Shown here: in pieces, positions 15,477 through 23,201 of the stretch
Layout of the letters: each line of letters starts with the position of its first letter
Numbering within the stretch: position 1 is the first letter of the stretch
IMG/VR virus record: IMGVR_UViG_3300027808_000165
Location: 1 to 24,166 of that record
Length of the DNA stretch: 24,166 bases
From: a virus
Taxonomy: Duplodnaviria > Caudoviricetes
Direction: 5' to 3' (one strand)
Notes under the pieces: generated by a model
The model's input: the letters and a program-made list of their open reading frames with translations, nothing else
The model's database searches: none
Told to the model about the DNA's origin: nothing
Made by a program: the position numbers and the translations under genes

Positions 15477-15593
15477 TTATTTATAATTTATATTGGTTTC
15501 TATTTTTTCTAACTCTGCTGTTTGCGCATCGAATGTGCCAGCAATTAACATTCCTGCGAAGAGGACTAAGATGATGAGTAGTGCTTTTTTCAT
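15477..15593 (-). CDS. 38-aa membrane/secreted peptide, first gene of the early operon
   Basis: MKKALLIILVLFAGMLIAGTFDAQTAELEKIETNINYK*, directly after a consensus promoter. Confidence 0.65.
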   Translation of the reverse strand: MKKALLIILVLFAGMLIAGTFDAQTAELEKIETNINYK

Positions 15594-15616
15594 TTGCTTA
15601 TTTGATTTAATTTTAG

Positions 15617-15647
15617 CAAATGTACTACAATATTTTAGATATGCAAA
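15617..15647 (-). promoter_or_regulatory. Bacteroidota sigma-A promoter (early)
   Basis: TTTG (15647-15644) - 19 nt - TACATTTG (15624-15617), matching TTTG-N19-21-TAnnTTTG. Confidence 0.8.
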
Positions 15648-15694
15648 AAAAACCTTACTAATTATAGCAAAGTTATTAACAATAAATTGTTAGC

Positions 15695-16093
15695 TTAGAA
15701 AAGTAGAGTGAAGATAATACCTCCTACAAATGAGATAGGAATACCTATAAGCGCCACGCTGCGCCAAGATTCTTTACGTGCAGCTTCTTTGTACAGCTCT
15801 TGCTGGACCTTAACTAACTGCTGAGCTTTCTGCTCATTAGCTATGCTGTATGCGTCTATGGTTTTAGCTTGGTCCTTAATGACAAAAGATGCAATACTAT
15901 CACTTTTTGATAATAAGCTTACCTGAGCTTTTAGATAATCACGCTCTGCCTTTAATTTTAGCAGTGATCTAACTTGCTCAGTCGTTAGACTGACCAGCGT
16001 ATCTTTCTGAGGTAAGGCTTGAGAGTAGGTTGTGCATGGCACGCTTAAGGCCATTGCGATCAAGAGAATCAATAGCGCTGATGTTAGCTTCAT
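15695..16093 (-). CDS. spanin-like protein (signal peptide, coiled coil, C-terminal TM)
   Basis: MKLTSALLILLIAMALSVPCTTYSQ..., C-terminal VALIGIPISFVGGIIFTLLF; overlaps the upstream gene in another frame. Confidence 0.5.
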   Translation of the reverse strand: MKLTSALLILLIAMALSVPCTTYSQALPQKDTLVSLTTEQVRSLLKLKAERDYLKAQVSLLSKSDSIASFVIKDQAKTIDAYSIANEQKAQQLVKVQQELYKEAARKESWRSVALIGIPISFVGGIIFTLLF

Positions 16094-16334
16094 ATCTTTT
16101 ATTATTGTTTTCAATCTGCACATTCAGTTGTGCAATCTCTTGCATACGCTGCACGTTAGTAGCTTCTAAAGAGTCTATCACATGAGTAGCTCTTTCAGCT
16201 CTTCTCTCATATCCTTCTAATGCTTTCTTACTGTTTTTTAAAGCAATGTATAAGCATTGAATAGTTATGCAGATGGTTAGCGCTACTACCATAACTGCAG
16301 CTGCTTTAATTTGATTCTTGGCTTCTTGTGTCAT
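15978..16334 (-). CDS. i-spanin-like protein
   Basis: N-terminal TM (AAAVMVVALTICITIQCLYIAL) followed by a long coiled coil; lysis cassette position. Confidence 0.55.
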   Translation of the reverse strand: MTQEAKNQIKAAAVMVVALTICITIQCLYIALKNSKKALEGYERRAERATHVIDSLEATNVQRMQEIAQLNVQIENNNKRYEANISAIDSLDRNGLKRAMHNLLSSLTSERYAGQSND

Positions 16335-16551
16335 TTGATTTCTTTTTGTCAAAGATAGACTCTATAACTGTTAATCCCAAACCACCCCCGGCTAAAATAA
16401 GCAAGCCGTCAAACATGTATTCAGGAGTTTTATACTCAGTAAAGGTGCCGATGTAAGATAAGTTAATGCATACTATAAGAGCTAAGATAGATGCCACTCG
16501 TTTAGAGCTTGCATCTCCTTCGTTACTAAATATGCTCTTTAACCATTTCAT
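16306..16551 (-). CDS. putative holin/antiholin (2 TM)
   Basis: SSKR followed by two TM segments and a charged C-terminus; next to the lysin. Confidence 0.55.
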   Translation of the reverse strand: MKWLKSIFSNEGDASSKRVASILALIVCINLSYIGTFTEYKTPEYMFDGLLILAGGGLGLTVIESIFDKKKSNDTRSQESN

Positions 16552-16721
16552 CTCTTCTTACGCATCTTGTAGATGGTAAAGATAGATGCTGCTGCTGATA
16601 AGATTAAGCAAAATATCTTTAGCGCAAATTCTACATCTAACATCCACGCTGGCACTGATAACAAGATGCTGCTAACTGTACCGGTAACTCCTTCGGCTAT
16701 CTGCTGCTGATTATTACTCAT
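16548..16721 (-). CDS. putative holin (57 aa)
   Basis: MSNNQQQIAEGVTGTVSSILLSVPAWMLDVEFALKIFCLILSAAASIFTIYKMRKKR*; ATGA-coupled at both ends; not in the ORF track. Confidence 0.65.
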   Translation of the reverse strand: MSNNQQQIAEGVTGTVSSILLSVPAWMLDVEFALKIFCLILSAAASIFTIYKMRKKR

Positions 16722-17263
16722 GATTCTTTAAGTAGTGTGTAGGTGAATGACTTTTTACCACTCTTAATGCATGCTTGAATAAGCTCTTTGAAATCTTTAG
16801 GACTATTCAGCACTTGACAGCCCGCACTCCACTTATCTATATTCTTAGATTCAGTAGATTCATTAGCTCTATGAATGTTAATGCCAAACAATCCCGTATC
16901 TTCTTTACCTTGCTCCTCAGCTATGTTATCTTTATCAGCATCTCTATACACTGTAACTTTTTTTGACTGCTTTAAAGCGGTGTATTTGCCCTGATGCAAG
17001 CCTATTGTGTAAGTATCTACATATTGCCCTGCCTTTAACACTGCTGTGCCTAAGCTATTCATAGGTGAGTTAAGCCAAAAAGTACCTGGGTTAGTTGTAC
17101 CGGTGTACCAATTCACCTGATCACCTTGCACCATTCCTATTAGATCATCAAATTTATTAGGCTCATTAGCTTTGGACCTGATACCTACCACGTGAATAGA
17201 TGGCCACTTATAGCCAAGCTCTGTGAATTGAGCTTTAAGCTCTTCTATTGTTGGTGCTTTCAT
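16718..17263 (-). CDS. putative endolysin with L,D-transpeptidase-like (YkuD) catalytic motif
   Basis: GINIH-x14-SAGCQV resembles HxnS(H)GC; immediately upstream of holin- and spanin-like genes. Confidence 0.6.
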   Translation of the reverse strand: MKAPTIEELKAQFTELGYKWPSIHVVGIRSKANEPNKFDDLIGMVQGDQVNWYTGTTNPGTFWLNSPMNSLGTAVLKAGQYVDTYTIGLHQGKYTALKQSKKVTVYRDADKDNIAEEQGKEDTGLFGINIHRANESTESKNIDKWSAGCQVLNSPKDFKELIQACIKSGKKSFTYTLLKES

Positions 17264-17354
17264 TCTTTCTAAGTTCTTTATCTCGTTTAGTTAGGTAGAC
17301 CTTTAGCTTTCGCTCATAGTCTTTACGTGTTTGCTGCTCCTTTGTTAATTTCAT
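17235..17354 (-). CDS. 39-aa basic peptide
   Basis: MKLTKEQQTRKDYERKLKVYLTKRDKELRKNESTNNRRA*; fills the gap between adaptor and lysin. Confidence 0.5.
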   Translation of the reverse strand: MKLTKEQQTRKDYERKLKVYLTKRDKELRKNESTNNRRA

Positions 17355-17356
17355 TC

Positions 17357-17932
17357 TTAGTTAGTAAAGTCTCGCACATTAAATCTGCTCCATGGACTCT
17401 CCATATTATTCATACTTCTGCTAAATGATATTTGACTCTGCCTGTTAACTACGCGAATGGGTGTAATGTTAGGGCTTGTGTTATTGCTATATTCTGGATA
17501 GTCTGAGTTATTAGCACAAAGGTAATCTACCAATCTTTGAGTATAGTAGTTAGCATTCTCTCTTGCCATATCTCTTAGAGCTGATAGCTCACCTTGAGTA
17601 ATGGCTGTAGTGTTCTCAGATTGGCGAGTAACTAAGTTACCGTTATCATGCTTATACATGAGCATAGGATAGAGCTCTACCATAGTCCACCAAGCTGTTG
17701 GCTTTACAATGTATTCATTTAGCAAAGTCTCATAGACTCCTGCTAACGTGCCTGCGCTTATCTCATTCTTAATCTTGTTGGTAAGGTTAGTGCCAAGCCA
17801 AAGAGTAATATACTTATCTTGAGCTAAGTAAATTGCAGGCCTAATTAAGTTAGTGTCTACAGCCTCATTGAGCTGAGTATATTTCTTTAAAAACTCTTCG
17901 TTAATGAATAATATTTCGGGTGCTATTGCCAT
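17357..17932 (-). CDS. putative head-tail adaptor
   Basis: 191 aa helical protein directly after the portal; AQDKYI..LGTNL..KI and YTQRLVDYLC motifs. Confidence 0.55.
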   Translation of the reverse strand: MAIAPEILFINEEFLKKYTQLNEAVDTNLIRPAIYLAQDKYITLWLGTNLTNKIKNEISAGTLAGVYETLLNEYIVKPTAWWTMVELYPMLMYKHDNGNLVTRQSENTTAITQGELSALRDMARENANYYTQRLVDYLCANNSDYPEYSNNTSPNITPIRVVNRQSQISFSRSMNNMESPWSRFNVRDFTN

Positions 17933-17944
17933 TGTTTTATAGTA

Positions 17945-19954
17945 TTAATTTGTTCCTGGGTATCTGCCATTATTTGGCAAGTCAAAAGTGCGAGTATTAG
18001 CTGTAGCAAATCCTTTAGCTATATCTCTTAAAGGCATGCCTGCTCTGATTGCTTTAGATACAGAAATTTCATCAGATGATTCTAAGCCATTATCAGCAAT
18101 GAATCGGCCCTTCTCTCTCTTTCTAAAATACACTCTACGCTCCCAATAATGCTTACAATTAACTGATCCTTTATACAACCACACGCTATAGGTAGAGCCA
18201 TTGTGGCCCATGTTAGGATTAAGCTCGTTAGTGTCTGCGCTCATGCCAGTTAAATCTTCGTAACGGTAAACAAAGTTAGCACGTGAAGCGCTTACCATTT
18301 GTCTGCAGAACTTTCTGCTATTTCCGCTAAGATTCTTTGAGTATGCGTATCTAATTTTGTAGAGTCCGCTATCCATTTCAGATGGTCTATCAGGATCAGA
18401 GTAGCTTCTAACTGATGCTAAGTTAACAGGCTCAGCTTCTATAAGCTCCCACTCCTCCTCATCTACTATCTCGCCCTTATCTTCTAAGAATTCGCACCAC
18501 CACGTCTCATCTTCATCTGTAAAGATTGGAGGCTTTTCTTGTGGCTCTAAATTAATCTTTTTTTTTTGAGCAGATAGTTTAGCTACAGCGCTCCCTCCCG
18601 TAGGCTCAAACATTGCAGTCGCTACGTCAATAGGTAACTGTAAGAACTGTACTAAGAATACTATTGCCTGCTCTACAGTTAGTGCTCCTGTGCCTACAGC
18701 TGCTACAATCTCAAGTGCACTTGCTATCTGAGCACCGTTGTAAGTTACATCACTTACTGATGCTCCTGCTGGTGCTACCGGTGCAGCTGTATTAGTGTCA
18801 GTTGTTGCAGAATCTGCAACAGTTGTAGGTGTAGTTGCTGCTATTGCCGCATCCATCTCATCAGAGAATATATCATTAGACTCAATATAAATATCAGCCA
18901 CAATGCCCATACCTTTAAATATCTCTTCAAAGCTATCTGTAATTATTTTTTGATAAGGCTCAATAATGTTCTTATTAAAGATTCTATAAGCCTGCTTCAT
19001 CTCATCAGCATTGCTACCTAATCCTCCTGAGTCTCTAATACCAAATAGCAGAGGTGAAGTAACTCTATGAGCTGCTAAGATATTCTCTCTTGACTGAGTG
19101 CTTAACTCTTGCCACTGCTTATCTGCATCAGTCATAGGCACAAGGTCCAAACGTGGCGCTCTATCTGATGATTCGTTAAATGTGAATACTACCTTACCTG
19201 CTTTTCGTGCACCCACCATCGTCTCCCAGTTCCTTCTGATAGCTAACTGCTCCTCAGGATCAGGGATGCCATTGTTAAAGTGCAGCATGTAAGAAGGTGC
19301 CATACCATTACTTAAGAAAGCTCTATAAAATTCGCTTATCTCTCTTGTAATTTCTATGTAATTGATGGCACTATAGTAATCAGGCTTAGGATAGTAAGCG
19401 CTGCCTGGAGTCATTATCCCAACAAATAGCACCTGAGATGGCTCATCTGCTTTTGAAGTAGGGTTATACATCGGGATAAATACAGGGATGTTCTTCTTTT
19501 TGCGCATATCATTCCAATCTTTAGAATAATAAATGCCAGGTATAACATCTTCATCATTAGCCACAGCCAATCTGCAATTCTCATAAGGCAGCTCGTTAAT
19601 TTTAGCTATGCTATTTCTATCTACGCTCCAAATAATTTCTAAGTAGTAGCCACCTTGCATCTTAGCATCTAATGCTACAGGCCTTCTAATGCTATTTAGT
19701 TTAAGTCTATCTATCTCTCTTTGTGCTGCAGGATTATTACTTTTAATTTCTCTACCTGCTATCATGAAAGCTATGCTCATGGTAAGAGCAGAGTGCACCG
19801 GTGAGCTGTAATATAAATCTATTAAGTAATTACTAAATGAGTTAGCCTCACCTAATGTTACCCATCCTTTAGGAGTCTCTTTCTCGTTAGCTTCCTGAGG
19901 CATTGCTGCTCCAAGATTAACTAACATAGGTGCCGCGTGTTTTATTTTATCCAT
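17945..19954 (-). CDS. portal protein with C-terminal extension domain
   Basis: YLIDLYYSSPVH, GGYYLEIIW, YYPKPDY, NGMAPS and ILAAHRVTSPLLFGI are portal-like. A Thr/Ala linker follows, then a SRKFCRQM...KGSVNCKHYW domain. ATG at 19954 preferred over TTG at 19963. Confidence 0.8.
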   Translation of the reverse strand: MDKIKHAAPMLVNLGAAMPQEANEKETPKGWVTLGEANSFSNYLIDLYYSSPVHSALTMSIAFMIAGREIKSNNPAAQREIDRLKLNSIRRPVALDAKMQGGYYLEIIWSVDRNSIAKINELPYENCRLAVANDEDVIPGIYYSKDWNDMRKKKNIPVFIPMYNPTSKADEPSQVLFVGIMTPGSAYYPKPDYYSAINYIEITREISEFYRAFLSNGMAPSYMLHFNNGIPDPEEQLAIRRNWETMVGARKAGKVVFTFNESSDRAPRLDLVPMTDADKQWQELSTQSRENILAAHRVTSPLLFGIRDSGGLGSNADEMKQAYRIFNKNIIEPYQKIITDSFEEIFKGMGIVADIYIESNDIFSDEMDAAIAATTPTTVADSATTDTNTAAPVAPAGASVSDVTYNGAQIASALEIVAAVGTGALTVEQAIVFLVQFLQLPIDVATAMFEPTGGSAVAKLSAQKKKINLEPQEKPPIFTDEDETWWCEFLEDKGEIVDEEEWELIEAEPVNLASVRSYSDPDRPSEMDSGLYKIRYAYSKNLSGNSRKFCRQMVSASRANFVYRYEDLTGMSADTNELNPNMGHNGSTYSVWLYKGSVNCKHYWERRVYFRKREKGRFIADNGLESSDEISVSKAIRAGMPLRDIAKGFATANTRTFDLPNNGRYPGTN

Positions 19955-20357
19955 TGTATGCAATGTCTGAATCTATGGTTAGGTTAGGCTCTGTAAATCG
20001 GGGAGTAGTTATATCTTCTACTATCAAATAACCCATTTGGATTACCCCTTCCACAACAGCATCTGTAGGATCTAAGTTAGTGCTGCTATTCTGCCCATAA
20101 ACTACGTAGCTGAATCGTGCTGGGTAGTTAATTAGTAGGCTCGCAGCTGTTGGTGTGTTGGCATTGGTGCCAATCTGAATGGTAGTATACCTATCATTCT
20201 GTGCTATCTGAGTAGGGATAGCATAAAGCTTCTCAAGTGTCTGCTCGTTAGTTAGTTCTAACAAGTAATGCGTATAGGTATTAGCAAGCAAAAGCTCCCC
20301 TTCCTTTAGACTAAGGTAGAGGAGCTGTGCTGCTGTATTTTTTAGTAAGTATATCAT
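19947..20357 (-). CDS. hypothetical virion protein
   Basis: 136 aa beta-rich ORF between tail tube and portal. Confidence 0.55.
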   Translation of the reverse strand: MIYLLKNTAAQLLYLSLKEGELLLANTYTHYLLELTNEQTLEKLYAIPTQIAQNDRYTTIQIGTNANTPTAASLLINYPARFSYVVYGQNSSTNLDPTDAVVEGVIQMGYLIVEDITTPRFTEPNLTIDSDIAYNG

Positions 20358-20381
20358 GCTTTAAATATAGCACAATTTTAC

Positions 20382-20930
20382 TTACAATGTAGCTTGAACT
20401 ACAGTAACTGTAGCGAAATCTTCAAATGGAGTATCTCCTGCATCCTGATCTAACAAGTATGCTTTATCTTTCTCTTCGCCTGTGAAGGTAATAGTATAGC
20501 CACTCATATCTCCCTTAGCTGTTCCTGAAGCTGTAGTAAAGGCAGTAACCTCTACTCCATCTTTGTAGCCACACATCCAAATGTTATCATTATTATCCTG
20601 TACGAATAATACGTTACGACCTTTAGAAATGTTTTGAAGCTCAAATGAACGTGCAGCAGTCATGCCATGAAACATAGCTACAACAGTTTGTGTGTAATAT
20701 ACAGTGCCATTCTCAATGCTGATAGCAGCCTCTTCTGTAAATGATCCTGTATGCTTAGGTAGCTGAAATTCGTAAACATCTCCTGTAGCAAGAGCAGTAA
20801 CTAAGTTAGTTCCTGCATTGATAGTAGCAGTGTTTGCGAATGTAGCGTAATCTCCTAAGTATAAGGCTTTTATCCCTCCGATTGCTTCTTTGCATGCAAT
20901 CAATATGCCAGCGGTAGTCAGACAGCTCAT
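20382..20930 (-). CDS. major tail tube protein
   Basis: CKEAIGGIK, ENGTVYYTQ and SGTAKGDMSGYTITFTGEE motifs; acidic, 182 aa. Confidence 0.65.
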   Translation of the reverse strand: MSCLTTAGILIACKEAIGGIKALYLGDYATFANTATINAGTNLVTALATGDVYEFQLPKHTGSFTEEAAISIENGTVYYTQTVVAMFHGMTAARSFELQNISKGRNVLFVQDNNDNIWMCGYKDGVEVTAFTTASGTAKGDMSGYTITFTGEEKDKAYLLDQDAGDTPFEDFATVTVVQATL

Positions 20931-20965
20931 AATTATTTTTTTTTATTTAGTTAAATATTCTTTGC

Positions 20966-21000
20966 AAAGAATGGGCAGCTATTAGCTAACCCACTCTTTT
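20966..21000 (-). terminator. stem-loop after the capsid gene (terminator/stabiliser)
   Basis: AAAGAGTGGG-TTAGCT-AAT-AGCTG-CCCATTCTTT; weak U-tract. Confidence 0.6.
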
Positions 21001-21016
21001 AACAAAGGAGTATTAT

Positions 21017-21940
21017 TTAGTTATCGAATCCAATAACGATATCACCTAAAACAGCGTACTGAACACCAGCGCGGAATCTCATTGCCATTCTCACGTTGTC
21101 AGATGCATCAGTGAAGCTCATATCTACTACTTTCACCTCGTTGAAATCTGAATTCAAATCAGTTCCGAACACTAAGTTCTCAGGTGTAGCTAAGATAACT
21201 ACTGAATCAGAGATACCTGGGCAAACATACACATCGTATCCGTTGAAGGTCAATGGGAATTGAGCAGTACCTTGGAAAGTCTGAAGGTAACCTGCAGTAG
21301 CCAAAGCTTGACGATATAACTGTGCAGTCTTACGGTTAACGTAGATCTTAAGGTCAGGGCTTCCTACCAATGTAGCAGGCAATGCATCTGTACATAACTG
21401 CAATTTATCAATTACGTTAGTAGCATCCAAAGAAGCAGCGAAATCTACATCAGGTGTACCACCTTTGCCAGCATCAATTAAGTACTGCAATCCGTTGAAT
21501 CCTGTGAATCCTGAAGATGGCCAGTTACCTTTCCAAATATTGCACTCTATCTCTTGTGCTACTTTAGCAGCCAAGTGAGAAATCAAAAAGTCAGAGAAGT
21601 TAGCAGGAACTACATCGTTTATAAAGCCACGACCTGTTTGAGCCGCTTCCCAATCTTTTGTAAATTCAGCCTTGCACAATTGGATATTAACCATAAGGTC
21701 AGTAACCGTTAACACTTTCTCCTGTAAAGTAAGAGCAGATGTAGAGTTGTCAAAGTCGCAAGTAGCAGCTTTAACTAATCCTGTAGAAGCAAGAATCTTA
21801 AGTACAGCTTTGTACTTTACGTTCTCTTTAACAGTGATGTAATTGTTTGCAATAGTGTCTCCTGAAAGAACTGCTGCAGCAATGTACGGTAGCGCTAATT
21901 CGCCAGCGTAGGTTGAGGTGATGGTCAAGTTATCAGCCAT
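21017..21940 (-). CDS. major capsid protein
   Basis: 307 aa after protease and scaffold; TYAGE start and IWKG..FTGFNG motif; very A-rich start region and a downstream hairpin. Confidence 0.75.
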   Translation of the reverse strand: MADNLTITSTYAGELALPYIAAAVLSGDTIANNYITVKENVKYKAVLKILASTGLVKAATCDFDNSTSALTLQEKVLTVTDLMVNIQLCKAEFTKDWEAAQTGRGFINDVVPANFSDFLISHLAAKVAQEIECNIWKGNWPSSGFTGFNGLQYLIDAGKGGTPDVDFAASLDATNVIDKLQLCTDALPATLVGSPDLKIYVNRKTAQLYRQALATAGYLQTFQGTAQFPLTFNGYDVYVCPGISDSVVILATPENLVFGTDLNSDFNEVKVVDMSFTDASDNVRMAMRFRAGVQYAVLGDIVIGFDN

Positions 21941-21964
21941 TTTGTTTTGTTTTTGTTTTTGTTT

Positions 21965-22549
21965 TTAGTTGTTTTTGTATCTTGCTACTATAGCACGAGT
22001 TCTATCTTCGATGTTACTCATTGCTGTAATGTTTAAAGGTGCTTGAGGTGTAGCCTGGCGAGCCTGCTTTACAGTAGTTGCTGCCGGTGCTTTACTTAGC
22101 TCAGTAATCTTTTTCTCAGCAGCGCTAAGCTTAGCTTCGAATTCAGAGATTACATTTTTAAGTAAACCTTCTACTTGCTCTTTGCTGTAAGTCTCAGCTA
22201 CTTCCTGCTCTACTTCAATCTCTACAGTAGGCTCCTCTTCCTCTTTTGGTACTTCAATAGCACTTGCAATAATGCCAGCTGCTACTACGATTACCATACC
22301 GTTATCAAGTGTATACTCTCCATCGGCTAAAGGTGTAGGATTGCCATCTGCATCCATTACGAATACCTCTACTCCCTCAGCCCATACTTCAGCTGGTGAA
22401 TAGATCATAGTGCCATCAGCTAAAGCACCCTCTACCATCATCTCTACCTTAGTAGCTTCCGGTGCAGCAGTCTCTTCTACTGATAGCTTTACTCCATGCT
22501 TTGCAAGCTGCGGAGCGAACTTCTTTAAAATGTCTTGAATCATGTTCAT
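21965..22549 (-). CDS. capsid scaffolding protein
   Basis: Acidic; LADGT, PLADGEYTLDNG; C-terminal coiled coil; lies between protease and capsid. Confidence 0.65.
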   Translation of the reverse strand: MNMIQDILKKFAPQLAKHGVKLSVEETAAPEATKVEMMVEGALADGTMIYSPAEVWAEGVEVFVMDADGNPTPLADGEYTLDNGMVIVVAAGIIASAIEVPKEEEEPTVEIEVEQEVAETYSKEQVEGLLKNVISEFEAKLSAAEKKITELSKAPAATTVKQARQATPQAPLNITAMSNIEDRTRAIVARYKNN

Positions 22550-22563
22550 TGTGTTATATTAGT

Positions 22564-22571
22564 TAGTGGAA
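22564..22571 (-). promoter_or_regulatory. TTCCACTA motif, copy 3
   Basis: In the 26-nt gap before the scaffold gene. Confidence 0.5.
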
Positions 22572-22575
22572 AAAA

Positions 22576-23172
22576 TTACAAATTCATTTCAAGCTGTGCA
22601 GCTAATTCAGCTAATAGCTTCTCAAGATCCTTCTCAGTTACATCACTTTCAGACATTGGAGCAAACCATCCCTCTATAGAAAAGCCTTTAACCTCGCCAT
22701 TCTTTACAGCTTGCCAAGTCTTATCATCATCTACTTTTACCCCTATCATCCAGGTACCCTCCGGTAAGTCAAAGCCATAGTTCATGCTCTTATCATGTAC
22801 TCCTGTAGTTACCCAAGATTCTACTACTGTTAAATTGTTTACCGGCATCTCATGCTGGATAGTATGGTTATGGTGCATGTTGCGCTTAAGAAATTCCTGA
22901 GCAGTTTGCTCTATGGTCTCTTTAGAGTAAGTGATAAAATACTTTTCGTTATTACCATCATATCTAACTATAGGTTGGTTAGGAATAAGTGCAGGGCCGT
23001 ATAGCATGCGCTTCTCTCCATCCTCTACTCTTGCTAACAACAAGTTAGATTTAGACAGTGCTACAAAGTCTACCATTATAGCAGGCTCAGATACTAAGCT
23101 TACAGCGTATACCCCCATGTTATCCTCCTCCTCACCTAAGCCGTATTCTATTAATTTCAATTTATCATTCAT
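22576..23172 (-). CDS. XkdF-like putative prohead serine protease
   Basis: AVSLVSEPAI, GPALIPN, HTIQH, VVESW, PEGTW and VKNGEVKGFSIEG. Confidence 0.85.
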   Translation of the reverse strand: MNDKLKLIEYGLGEEEDNMGVYAVSLVSEPAIMVDFVALSKSNLLLARVEDGEKRMLYGPALIPNQPIVRYDGNNEKYFITYSKETIEQTAQEFLKRNMHHNHTIQHEMPVNNLTVVESWVTTGVHDKSMNYGFDLPEGTWMIGVKVDDDKTWQAVKNGEVKGFSIEGWFAPMSESDVTEKDLEKLLAELAAQLEMNL

Positions 23173-23188
23173 ATCATTGCTTTTTTAT

Positions 23189-23196
23189 TAGTGGAA
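23189..23196 (-). promoter_or_regulatory. TTCCACTA motif, copy 4
   Basis: In the 29-nt gap before the protease gene. Confidence 0.5.
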
Positions 23197-23201
23197 AAAT
23201 T

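Noticed and set aside
14656-16123. Long N-terminal versions of ORFs 14656..14904 and 15695..16123 (likewise 1966..2163, 14049..14714, 15978..16352)
   Set aside because: They overlap upstream genes extensively; downstream ATGs with coupling or A-rich leaders fit better.
21941-21966. (AAAAAC)n repeat before the capsid gene
   Set aside because: Explained as a strong A-rich Bacteroidota translation start region.
2045-23191. All + strand ORFs in the track (e.g. 2045, 2957, 3848, 7603, 9226, 12081, 12502, 13123, 13500, 15493, 16775, 19098, 22535, 22931)
   Set aside because: They are antisense shadows of well-supported - strand genes, with no recognisable motifs.
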